Assembly (NCBI GenBank): GCA_003151975.1
Contig: PLZD01000067.1
Coordinates: 1,143 to 65,142 of the forward strand
Length of the DNA stretch: 64,000 nucleotides
Source of the DNA: Elusimicrobiota bacterium
GTDB lineage: Bacteria > Elusimicrobiota > Elusimicrobia > UBA1565 > UBA9628
Direction: 5' to 3'
Part shown: positions 43,546-51,966 of the stretch, piece after piece
Layout: each line of letters begins with the position of its first letter
Position numbering within the stretch: position 1 is the first letter of the stretch
Program-made: the position numbers and the translations under genes
The notes under the pieces: model-generated
What the model was told of the DNA's origin: nothing
Databases searched by the model: none
What the model saw: the letters and a program-made list of their open reading frames with translations, nothing else

Positions 43546-46527
43546 ATGGGGTTGATGAGGAGAATGTTGTCGCTCGCGCTTTTGGCCATGTTCGCAATGC
43601 CGTTATTTGCGGGCGAGTCCGTCGAGGTCAGAATCACGGGCTTTGACGCGGCCCCCAAGGCGCTTGGCACGGGCACTTCGCCTCTGCGCCTCGTCCCGAC
43701 CGGCGTCAACAACATTCCCCAGCTTCCCGCGGGCATCACCGATTTGAAGACGTACGACGGCCCCATGGGCGCGTTCCAGATGCCCGCGGCTTCATACTTG
43801 CCTCAATACGAGGTTTCAAAAGGCGCGGTCGTAGCCCCGGGACTGCGGCTCGCGACCCCCGAGGAGGGGGCGACTCCCGAAGCCATTGGGCCCAAGAGCG
43901 AACTCTCCGAGACCGGTCCGGCCAACCACGATTCCGAGAAGCCATCCGCGAAGGCCGAGCTCAACGCCGCGGGCGTCGAGGGTGCTTCCAATCCGCAGGC
44001 GCCCGCCGAGGACCTGGCCGCGGGCGAAAAGAAAGTTTTCGACGGCGAAAGCGCGACGACTCTGACTTACGCCGAAGTGGCCCCGAGCCGCATAGGACGG
44101 TTACTCAACGCGGCGGGGTCCCTGCTCAGCCGCGGCGTCAAGCGCGTGCTGCCGGCAAAGAAGGTCGACGCTCCTCCGACGACCGACGCCTACGGCGGCC
44201 CGCAGCGGCTCGAGCTGGGCTTCAAGGGCAAGATTTCCTACGGCCTCAAGTGGGGCCTCAACATGATCGGCCTAGGCGCGCTGGTCAACGTCGCGGCCAA
44301 GTTCTTCGCGATGATCCTGCCGTGGCAGCTGCTCGTTCCCGATTCCATGCTGCAGTCCGCCGGCCGTGCCGAGCTCTTGGCGCGCATGGGTCCCAAGGCG
44401 GTCGACGCGGCCTTGGTCCACTCGCCGTGGCACTTTCTCTTCGTGCAGCTGCCCAGCGCCACGTTCTGGGAGGAAGCCGGCACCCTTCCCATGATGCTGA
44501 CCGCCGTCGGCTTCCGCGGGCTTGAGCTCGGCGTGCTGTGGTTCATACTCAAGGGCGCGCGCAACGCCGCAAACGCGCTGTCGCAGAAAATCGGCCAGCC
44601 GGTTTTGAAGACGATCCTCGCCGCTTTGGGCGCGATTTCAAACAAGAAAGTTTTCTACGCCGCGCTGGCGCTCACCGTCGTGAGCTTCGTCGCTCCGCCC
44701 CTGCATATCGCGCTCGCGCCGCTGACTTACTCCGCGCTCGGTTCGCGCTTGTTCGGCTTCGGCGTGCTGTGGAGCGCGCTGGCCGCGGTCCGCCCCGTCG
44801 CTGACCAGCTGGCCAAGTGGCTCGAGGCGGTTCCCGATCTCATGGGCGTGCGCAGCGGCGCGCAATCCGCGCTCGGCCACATCGGCGGCATTTCAAAGAA
44901 GGCCTTCCCGATGGCCGCTTTCGTCTCGGCTTTGGCATTCGCCGCTAATCACTTCGCGGCCTGGGGCGTGAGCCCGTCGCTGATCGTTTTGCAGACGACG
45001 ATGGGCGCGACCTTGGCCTACATTAGCTACAAGACGCGCAGTCTCTTCGTGCCCTTCGTGGCGCACTACGCTTTCAACTTGCTGACTTTGGGCGGCGCGC
45101 TGCTCGCGGCCCACTTCCTCATGCCGATGGTAGCGCAGATCTACACGCTGGGCCTCGGCGTGACGGGAGTCGCTTTCCTTTATTACAACTGGCGCGCCAA
45201 CCACAAGACGAAGGCTCAGGCCAAGGCTCAGCACAAAGCGGATTTGATGGCGCGCGCCGGCAAAGTCGTCTTGCCTGTTCTCTTGATGGCGATGACGGCC
45301 GGCTCCTTGATCGGGCCCGGTCATCTGACCAAGTCCTTTAATGAGGCCGCCAACAACAAAGCCGCTCAGACTTGGACCGTGCAGGACGTGGACAAAGCCG
45401 ACAAGAAGGCTGAGTCCACGCCCGCGGCCGCCAAGCCCGCCGCCGATACCGCCAAGGCCCAGCCGGTGCGCGTCAGCCTCTCGCAGGCCATCGACATCAT
45501 GACGATCCAGGCCACCGCCAAGGCCAAGCCCGCCGTGGTCAAGATTTTTTCGGGCAACGCTTTGGGCTCGGGCTACATCATCTCGGCCGACGGCATCGTG
45601 ATCTCCAACGCCCACGTGACCGGGGCGGCGGAGGTCGGCGACATTCTGAACATGGAGTTCTCCGACGGCACCACCGGCAAGGTCAAGGTTCTGGCTTTCA
45701 ACCACAACAAGGACATCGCGATCTTGCAGCTGCCGGCAAAAGAGGGCGGCTGGCCGTTCATCCCGCTAGGCGATAGTAAGAAGCTCTCCGAGGGCCAGGG
45801 CGTGCTCGCGATGGGTTATCCGCTCGGCCTGCCCTTCACCGTGACGCGCGGCATCATCAGCGGCATCGGCGGCGGCCGCGGCAGCATCTACGTCCAGCAG
45901 ATCCAGACCGACGCGGCCATCAATCACGGCAACTCCGGCGGCGCGCTCATCAACATGGACGGCGAGGTCATCGCGATGAACACCGCGATCGCCGCCCCCA
46001 CGCCCGAGAGCGGCTCGATCGGCATCGGCTTTTCGATAACGTCGGAGGATATCAAGGCGGCGCTGAGTCAATACGCGGCCATGGGCAACATCAACACTTC
46101 TTGGATCGGCATCATCGTCAATCAGGCCAACCCGACGGCCCCTGATCAAGGAGTGCTCATCGAGGTCGTCCGGCCGGGCTCGCCCGCCGATAAGGCGGGG
46201 CTGCGCGGCGGCGACCTGCTGCTCGGCGCCGAGAAGCACCGCTTCGACAAGGGACCGCGCGGCCTGGAGGCGCTGGCCCGCACCATCGCTCAGCACAAGC
46301 CCGGCGAGAAGATCGAGGTGCTCGTGGCGCGTCAGGGCGACGTGGCGCCGGTCGCCGTCACTTTGGCCAACGAGCCCGGCTCGCCGACGGCAGTCGCCGC
46401 TCCCGCCGCGACGACTCCCGCCGCACCCGCACCCGCGCCCGCACCGAAGCCTTCGCTGTGGGGGCGCTTCACCGGCGCCTTGTCCGAGATCCTGCGGGCG
46501 ATCTTCTCCGGCCTCTCTCCTAAATAA
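43546..46527 (+). CDS. fusion protein: secreted N-region + polytopic CPBP-like membrane domain + HtrA/DegP-type serine protease + PDZ
   Basis: The start is MGLMRRMLSLALLAMFAMPLFA (alternative starts 43477 and 43555). The membrane region at about 44230-45300 has FWEEAG...GFRG, AANHFAAWG and VAHYAFNLL. The protease triad contexts are ISNAHVTG, NKDIAILQL and HGNSGGALIN. The PDZ region reads VLIEVVRPGSPADKAGLRGGDLLL. Confidence 0.85.
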   Translation: MGLMRRMLSLALLAMFAMPLFAGESVEVRITGFDAAPKALGTGTSPLRLVPTGVNNIPQLPAGITDLKTYDGPMGAFQMPAASYLPQYEVSKGAVVAPGLRLATPEEGATPEAIGPKSELSETGPANHDSEKPSAKAELNAAGVEGASNPQAPAEDLAAGEKKVFDGESATTLTYAEVAPSRIGRLLNAAGSLLSRGVKRVLPAKKVDAPPTTDAYGGPQRLELGFKGKISYGLKWGLNMIGLGALVNVAAKFFAMILPWQLLVPDSMLQSAGRAELLARMGPKAVDAALVHSPWHFLFVQLPSATFWEEAGTLPMMLTAVGFRGLELGVLWFILKGARNAANALSQKIGQPVLKTILAALGAISNKKVFYAALALTVVSFVAPPLHIALAPLTYSALGSRLFGFGVLWSALAAVRPVADQLAKWLEAVPDLMGVRSGAQSALGHIGGISKKAFPMAAFVSALAFAANHFAAWGVSPSLIVLQTTMGATLAYISYKTRSLFVPFVAHYAFNLLTLGGALLAAHFLMPMVAQIYTLGLGVTGVAFLYYNWRANHKTKAQAKAQHKADLMARAGKVVLPVLLMAMTAGSLIGPGHLTKSFNEAANNKAAQTWTVQDVDKADKKAESTPAAAKPAADTAKAQPVRVSLSQAIDIMTIQATAKAKPAVVKIFSGNALGSGYIISADGIVISNAHVTGAAEVGDILNMEFSDGTTGKVKVLAFNHNKDIAILQLPAKEGGWPFIPLGDSKKLSEGQGVLAMGYPLGLPFTVTRGIISGIGGGRGSIYVQQIQTDAAINHGNSGGALINMDGEVIAMNTAIAAPTPESGSIGIGFSITSEDIKAALSQYAAMGNINTSWIGIIVNQANPTAPDQGVLIEVVRPGSPADKAGLRGGDLLLGAEKHRFDKGPRGLEALARTIAQHKPGEKIEVLVARQGDVAPVAVTLANEPGSPTAVAAPAATTPAAPAPAPAPKPSLWGRFTGALSEILRAIFSGLSPK

Positions 46528-47401
46528 GGCCGAAGGCTTTTAGTTCGCGGCGGAGAACGGCGAGATTCTTGGGCGTCATCGTCGTCAGCGGCAAGCGCGG
46601 ATTGGGTCTGCAGAGCTTCATGAGCCCCAAAGCCGCCTTGACCGGGATAGGGTTGGTCTCGACGAACAGCGACTTGATCAGCGGGAACATCTTGAGATGA
46701 AGCTTGGCCGCCGCGTCCGTTTTGCCTTTTAGAAACAGCGCGCAGAGTTCCGCCGTCGCTTTGGGCGCGATGTTGGAGACCACCGAGATCACGCCCTTGG
46801 CGCCGGCCGCCATCATCGGCAAGGTCAGGCTGTCGTCACCCGAGAGCACGGTGAAAGAGGGCGGCACTAATGTGAGGATCTCGCTGACCTGATCCAAGGA
46901 GCCCGCGGCTTCCTTGACCGCGACGATGTTTGAGCAGGCCTTTGCCAATCGCGCGAGGGTCTTGGGCGCCAAGTTGACGGCGGTGCGGCCGGGGATGTTG
47001 TAGGCGATGATCGGCAGGCGCGTGCCGCGCGCGACGGCTTGAAAATGAGCGAAGAGGCCTTCCTGAGTGGGCTTGTTGTAGTACGGTGTCAGCACGAGCA
47101 AGGCGTCGGCGCCGAGAGATTCCGCCTCGCGCGCAAGCTCTAAAGCCTTCCAGGTGGCATTGGTTCCCACGCCCGCGATGACCGGCGTCTCGCCGCGCGA
47201 GACCTCCAGCGTGATCTCGATGACTCGCCGGTACTCGCCGTGGGTCAGCGTGGCCGCTTCGCCCGTCGAGCCGCAGGGCACAAGACCGGCGGTGCCGCCC
47301 TTGAGCTGGAGGGCCACCAAGCGCCGCAGAGTCTCCTCGTCGAGGCGCTCGGCCTTGTCGAAGGGAGTGACCAGCGCGGTGTATGAGCCTTGAAATTTCA
47401 T
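46520..47401 (-). CDS. dapA: 4-hydroxy-tetrahydrodipicolinate synthase
   Basis: 293 aa from the ATG at 47401 (MKFQGSYTALVTPF...GLVPCGSTGEAATL...YNKPTQEG), with a GGGGAGA ribosome-binding site. It has an ATGA overlap with dapF. The longer track ORF (to 47782) is an Arg-rich read-through inside dapF. Confidence 0.93.
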   Translation of the reverse strand: MKFQGSYTALVTPFDKAERLDEETLRRLVALQLKGGTAGLVPCGSTGEAATLTHGEYRRVIEITLEVSRGETPVIAGVGTNATWKALELAREAESLGADALLVLTPYYNKPTQEGLFAHFQAVARGTRLPIIAYNIPGRTAVNLAPKTLARLAKACSNIVAVKEAAGSLDQVSEILTLVPPSFTVLSGDDSLTLPMMAAGAKGVISVVSNIAPKATAELCALFLKGKTDAAAKLHLKMFPLIKSLFVETNPIPVKAALGLMKLCRPNPRLPLTTMTPKNLAVLRRELKAFGLI

Positions 47402-48189
47402 TTTATCTCCCCCGAGAACACGAGTTGCGCGGGGCCTTCGAGCCAGAGGTCGTGGAATTTGTCGCCGCGCCGGCTGAAATAGACTTTCAACGTCTGTCCC
47501 GATTTGACCGTCACGCGGACGGGGGACTCGGCCTTGCCCAGCGCGCAGGCCGCGATCGCCGACGCCGTTACGCCCGTGCCGCAGGCCAAGGTCTCGTCCT
47601 CGACGCCGCGCTCGTAAGTCCGAACGCGCAGGGCCGATTTTCCGAACTCGACGAAATCGGCGTTGGCGCCGGCCTTGCCGAAGGCTTTGTGGAAACGGAT
47701 CGCGCGGCCGATTTCGACGACGGGAAAGCGATCGAGGTTCGAGACTTCGATGACCGCGTGCGGCACGCCGGTGTCGAGCCACTGGGCGGTGAAGCCACGC
47801 CCCAAAGTCCTAATCTTCATGTTCATCTGAAGGACTTTGGGACGTGGCATACGAATTGCAAGTCGGCTGGGGCCACGGACCTCGGCTTGGAGTTCTCCTT
47901 CGATCGTGGAAAACGAGAACGAGCGCCGTCCTTTGGTCCAGCCGCGCTGGAACATCCACCAGGCCGCGCAGCGCGAGCCGTTTCCGCAGAAAGCCGCCGA
48001 GCCGTCGGCATTGTAATATGAAAGAGAGAGCCGCGGCCGTCTCGACACGACGAGAAGCCCGTCGGCGCCCACGCCCGCGCGGCGGTCGCAGAGGCGCCGG
48101 GCCAGCGCCGCGTATGACGGCGCGCCTTTTCTCTCCAGGAGCACGAAGTCGTTGCCGGCGCCCGAGAGTTTGTCGAAAGACACCTTCAT
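47398..48189 (-). CDS. dapF: diaminopimelate epimerase
   Basis: 263 aa with KLSGAGNDFVLLE and the catalytic Cys contexts FCGNGSRCAAWW and ETLACGTGVTASA. Confidence 0.93.
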   Translation of the reverse strand: MKVSFDKLSGAGNDFVLLERKGAPSYAALARRLCDRRAGVGADGLLVVSRRPRLSLSYYNADGSAAFCGNGSRCAAWWMFQRGWTKGRRSFSFSTIEGELQAEVRGPSRLAIRMPRPKVLQMNMKIRTLGRGFTAQWLDTGVPHAVIEVSNLDRFPVVEIGRAIRFHKAFGKAGANADFVEFGKSALRVRTYERGVEDETLACGTGVTASAIAACALGKAESPVRVTVKSGQTLKVYFSRRGDKFHDLWLEGPAQLVFSGEIK

Positions 48190-49139
48190 AGGCCGCCGGA
48201 CGTGCCTTGAAGCTCGACGAGAAGGGCTGCCGCGGCCTTCGCGATGAACGGCGCGCGGCGCGCGGCGCCGGCCGCGCCGCGCAGGCTGCGCACCGCGTCG
48301 GCCATGCGACCTTCGCTTAAGCTTTCACGCGCGGAGATCCAGAGCGCCAGCGGGTCGGACGGATCGGCCTTGAGGCGAGCGGCCGCCAGATCACGGGCCT
48401 GATGGGGGCGGCCGGCCTCGAGCAGCCAGAGTCCCATCGTCAGCGCGATGTCGTCGCGTCCCGGTTGGGCCTTGCGCGCCAGCTCTAGCGTATCGATGGC
48501 GTCGTCAAGACGGCCTTGGGCCCGCTCGATGAAGGCAAGATCAATGGTCGCCTCGTTGTCAGCGGAGAGCGAGAGAGATTTTTGGATGGCGAGTTCCGCG
48601 GTTTTTGTGTCGCGCATCGCAAGCAGCACCTCGGCGTAGTCGCGCCAGACCGGAGCCTGTTCGGCGTTGATCTCGAGCGTGCGTTCGTAGTGGTCGGAGC
48701 TTTCGTCGAGCAAGCCCAGTTGGCGCTCGATCTCGGCAAGACCGAGGTGCGCGCGCTCGTTGTTGGGGTGGATGGACAACACTTTCTCGAAGATTGGCTG
48801 GGCCTGCTCGTTGAGCCCGACCTGATGCAGTATGCCCCCGAGCTCGCTGAGCAAGTTGATGTTCTTTGGAAACAGCTTGGTGGCGATTTGATACGTGGAG
48901 AGCGCCTCCGTTAGCCTTCCCATGCGCTCGTAGCTGAGACCGAGATAGAAATAGGCCTGCTGCAGTCTGTCGCGGTTGAGCTTCTGCAGGGACTCGGGAG
49001 AGAGAGCGGCGACCACCTCGTTGTACTTGCCGGCCGCGTAAAGGCTCTTGGTCTTTGGTGTGGGATCGGCGCCTTCCCAAAACCAGCCCCGGGCGGGAAG
49101 TGATGCCAGCAGCAGGGCCGTCGCCAGCAGCGGCCTCAC
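48186..49139 (-). CDS. secreted TPR-repeat protein
   Basis: 317 aa with a signal-like N-terminus (MRPLLATALLLASLPARG) and multiple TPR units (YFYLGLSYERMGRLTEALSTYQIATKLFPKN...). It has 4-nt overlaps on both sides. Confidence 0.8.
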   Translation of the reverse strand: MRPLLATALLLASLPARGWFWEGADPTPKTKSLYAAGKYNEVVAALSPESLQKLNRDRLQQAYFYLGLSYERMGRLTEALSTYQIATKLFPKNINLLSELGGILHQVGLNEQAQPIFEKVLSIHPNNERAHLGLAEIERQLGLLDESSDHYERTLEINAEQAPVWRDYAEVLLAMRDTKTAELAIQKSLSLSADNEATIDLAFIERAQGRLDDAIDTLELARKAQPGRDDIALTMGLWLLEAGRPHQARDLAAARLKADPSDPLALWISARESLSEGRMADAVRSLRGAAGAARRAPFIAKAAAALLVELQGTSGGL

Positions 49140-50101
49140 GGATTTTTGCTCCCGCGCGGCAAATAGTCCTTCAGCAGGCTGCCCATCGAGAAGATGATCA
49201 AGCTTTCCTCGGCCTTGGAGATGAGCTTGTTGGCGGCCATCGCGCCCTTCGTGATTGCTTCCGCGGTCCGGTCGGTCTCGTACATGCCGATGTAGCCGAC
49301 CGGCGGCTCGATGAGGAAATCGGCCTGCTGCCTTTGCTCGCGAGAGAGCAGCGAGCCGCGGATGTCGACGACCTGCTCGAGGCTTTGGAAGACGTTCTTG
49401 GGTTTACTGCGCGTGTAGTCGGATTCCGTCACGCTGGCCAAGACCCAGTCGGCGCCCAAAAGCCGCGCCGCGTCGATCGGAATGTAGTCGACGACGCCCC
49501 CATCGACGAGATAGCGGTGGCGGTATTCGACGGGCTCGAAGATGCCGGGGAGGTTCATGCTGGCGCGCACGGCCAAGGCGAGGTCGCCCTCGCGGAATAT
49601 GAGCGCCTCGCCGGAGTAGAGGTCGGCGGCGACGCAGGCGAAGGGCTTCTTTAGGTCCTCGAAGCGCATGCCGCCCAGGTGCGCGTGAATGAAGCCCTCG
49701 GTGGCGGCCGACGAGAGCAGTTTGTCGGCCAGGACGTAGCGGATCAGGGTGAACGCGTTGAGGTTGCTGCCGGAGCTGATGCGCAGGTGCAGGGCGATGT
49801 CGCGCAGCTTCTTGATGGGCGTGCCGCCCGCGTAGAGGGCGCCCATGATGGCGCCCATCGAGGTGCCCGCGACGACGTCGACTGGAAATCCCGCGTTCTC
49901 GAGCACGGAGGCGACTCCGACGTGCGCGGTCGCGCGCAGAGAGCCCGCCGAGAAGACCAAGCCCACCTTGGGGCGCTGAGTCGCGGGTTTGGCTGTGAGT
50001 TCACGCCAGAGATGATCGCGCAGGACGGCGTCCTCGGAGAGGTCGGCGGCGGCGGCGGGGATGGCCACCGCCAGCGCGAGCAGGGCGGCGAGAATCTTCA
50101 T
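49136..50101 (-). CDS. secreted patatin-like phospholipase
   Basis: 321 aa with a signal peptide (MKILAALLALAVAIPAAAAD), an oxyanion region (VFSAGSLRATAHVG), the nucleophile GTSMG and the Asp motif VDGGVVDYIP. Confidence 0.88.
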   Translation of the reverse strand: MKILAALLALAVAIPAAAADLSEDAVLRDHLWRELTAKPATQRPKVGLVFSAGSLRATAHVGVASVLENAGFPVDVVAGTSMGAIMGALYAGGTPIKKLRDIALHLRISSGSNLNAFTLIRYVLADKLLSSAATEGFIHAHLGGMRFEDLKKPFACVAADLYSGEALIFREGDLALAVRASMNLPGIFEPVEYRHRYLVDGGVVDYIPIDAARLLGADWVLASVTESDYTRSKPKNVFQSLEQVVDIRGSLLSREQRQQADFLIEPPVGYIGMYETDRTAEAITKGAMAANKLISKAEESLIIFSMGSLLKDYLPRGSKNP

Positions 50102-50107
50102 AGGCTG

Positions 50108-51403
50108 CTAGGGGGCGATGTCGCGGCCCACTGCGCGCTCGAGGCGCGCGCGGGCGATGATGTGCTCGGTGACCGCGGTCAGATAGGAAAGCTGGAGGTC
50201 GAGCAGGCCTTCCATGGCGCGCATGCGCGAAAGGGCGGCTGCGGTCTGCCTTGCGGCCGCGTCGTACATGTCGCGGACGCGGCGGTAATGGGTTTCACGG
50301 ATGGGCCATTCCTTTTGCCAGTAGCGCAGGTTCTCGTTGGCTTGGCGCACCTCGAGGCGCACGCGGTCCTGCAGCTCGGCGCGCTTGAGCTGGCCTTGGC
50401 GCTGCTCAGCCTTCTTCTCGCGCAGCTGGCTCCAAAAGTCGTAGGCGAAGGGGATCTTGACGCCGATGGAGGCGTCCCAGTTGTTCTCGCGGACGGGAAA
50501 GCGCTGGCCTGTGAGCTCGTAATCGCTGGCGACGAAGACCCGAGGGCTGCGGCGAGAGGTGGCCAGGTTGACGGTGATCGCGTCCATCTCGGCTTTGTAG
50601 GTCTCGCTTTGCAGCTCGGGACGCAGCTCGACGGCCCAGAGCACCGCTTTCTCGATGTCGATGTCGACGGGACGGGTCTCCAGGTCGCCGGAGACTTGGA
50701 AGGGCGTATCGAGTTCCAGATTGATGTTCTTGAGAAAGTTGAGGCGCGCCAGATCGAGGTTGTGCGCTGACTCGGAGTCCTTGGCCCGCGCGGCGCCCAG
50801 AAGGGCCTCGGCTTCGATGCGCTCCCACGCGTCAAGCCTCCCACCGTCGACCACGCGCTCGACGGCTTTGAGAAATTCCGCCGTTGCGGCCACGCGCTCT
50901 TGGGCCAAGATCAGGCGGAAGAAGACCTCCTTGACGGAAAGCTGCAGGTCCATGTGCACCGATTCGTGGTTGGACAGCGCCTGCTTCTGCGCGGCCTCGG
51001 CCAGGCGCAGGGTGTTGAGCGTCTTGCCGCCCTCGTAGAGGGACATGTTCATATAGCCGCGGCCCGAGTAGAAGGCATCCGTGTTGCCCAGCCCGTCGGA
51101 GAACGGGCCCTGGTTGGGAAACAGCAGGATGTTGCCGAGATCAGACGAGGTGCTCATAGGATAGCGCGCCTCGTACTTGGTCGCGGACGCCTGCAGGCCG
51201 AACTCGGGCAGGAACAGAAAGCGCGCCTCGTTGACCCGCTCTTGGGCGATGATGACGTCCTGCTCGGCCGAGAGCAGGCGCGCGTCGTTGAGCAGGGCCA
51301 GGCGCGTGGCGTCCTCGAGCGTGAAGGTCTTTAGAATCGGGGAGGGAGCGGCATGCGCTGAAGCCGCCAGGCCTGCCGCGAGCAGAACGAGCGCCTTGAT
51401 CAT
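50108..51403 (-). CDS. TolC-family outer membrane efflux protein
   Basis: 431 aa with a signal peptide (MIKALVLLAAGLAASAHA). It has the two-repeat helical/beta architecture with the typical opening TLEDATRLALLNDARLLSAEQDVIIAQERVNEAR. Confidence 0.82.
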   Translation of the reverse strand: MIKALVLLAAGLAASAHAAPSPILKTFTLEDATRLALLNDARLLSAEQDVIIAQERVNEARFLFLPEFGLQASATKYEARYPMSTSSDLGNILLFPNQGPFSDGLGNTDAFYSGRGYMNMSLYEGGKTLNTLRLAEAAQKQALSNHESVHMDLQLSVKEVFFRLILAQERVAATAEFLKAVERVVDGGRLDAWERIEAEALLGAARAKDSESAHNLDLARLNFLKNINLELDTPFQVSGDLETRPVDIDIEKAVLWAVELRPELQSETYKAEMDAITVNLATSRRSPRVFVASDYELTGQRFPVRENNWDASIGVKIPFAYDFWSQLREKKAEQRQGQLKRAELQDRVRLEVRQANENLRYWQKEWPIRETHYRRVRDMYDAAARQTAAALSRMRAMEGLLDLQLSYLTAVTEHIIARARLERAVGRDIAP

Positions 51404-51960
51404 ACCTTGAACGATTGGGTCAGGTGGTCGAGCTCCATCTTGAGGGAGCGCAGCTCCTCGAGCAAGGCGGGCGAGGAGTCGGGGACGCGCTTGATCGCGG
51501 CCGTTAGACGCTCGGCCAGGTGCGCGGCCAAGTTGCGGTCTTTCTGGACGAGTCCTTGGAGGCTTGCGACCATGCCGTTGAACTCTTCTTGGAGCTCGAG
51601 GAGCTCATCGCCGGTGCGCAGCGAGACCCTATGCGTGAGGTCGCCCGAGGACACGATCTGCGCGGATTTTTCGAAGCGATAGATGGGGCCCGCGAACCGG
51701 TGCGAGACGTAGAGCGAGATCATCAGCATGAGGCCGAGGTAGAGCACGAGCTTGACCATGATGATCCAGTTGAACTGGGCCACCGAGCTCGTCAGCGAAG
51801 GGTTCTCGGTCAGGACCATCTTCGCCATCGTGTAGTAGATGTCTCCGCCCACGATCAGCGAGGCCAGAAGCACGCTCACGAAAACCATCCCGATGTACTT
51901 GAGCTGAAGAGCCCGTTTGATCAGGACGGTCCGGCGCTGGAACTTCTGGGTGTCTGCCAT
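51400..51960 (-). CDS. small membrane protein with two TMs and a HAMP-like domain
   Basis: 186 aa. Two hydrophobic segments are followed by HRFAGPIYRFEKSAQIVSSGDLTHRVSLRTGDELLELQEEFNGMVASL and a coiled coil. It has an ATGA overlap with the TolC-like gene. Confidence 0.7.
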   Translation of the reverse strand: MADTQKFQRRTVLIKRALQLKYIGMVFVSVLLASLIVGGDIYYTMAKMVLTENPSLTSSVAQFNWIIMVKLVLYLGLMLMISLYVSHRFAGPIYRFEKSAQIVSSGDLTHRVSLRTGDELLELQEEFNGMVASLQGLVQKDRNLAAHLAERLTAAIKRVPDSSPALLEELRSLKMELDHLTQSFKV

Positions 51961-51966
51961 CGTCTC

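Noticed and set aside
47402-47782. Extended dapA ORF (420 aa in the track), plus similar 5' extensions of murI (23714), rho (25146), the receiver (to 55476), the hydrolase (39660) and the amidase (22207)
   Set aside because: In each case an internal ATG with a ribosome-binding site, or with an ATGA overlap to the upstream stop, gives a protein of canonical length. The extension overlaps the upstream gene (or, for 39660, the terminator) and is Arg-rich and non-homologous.
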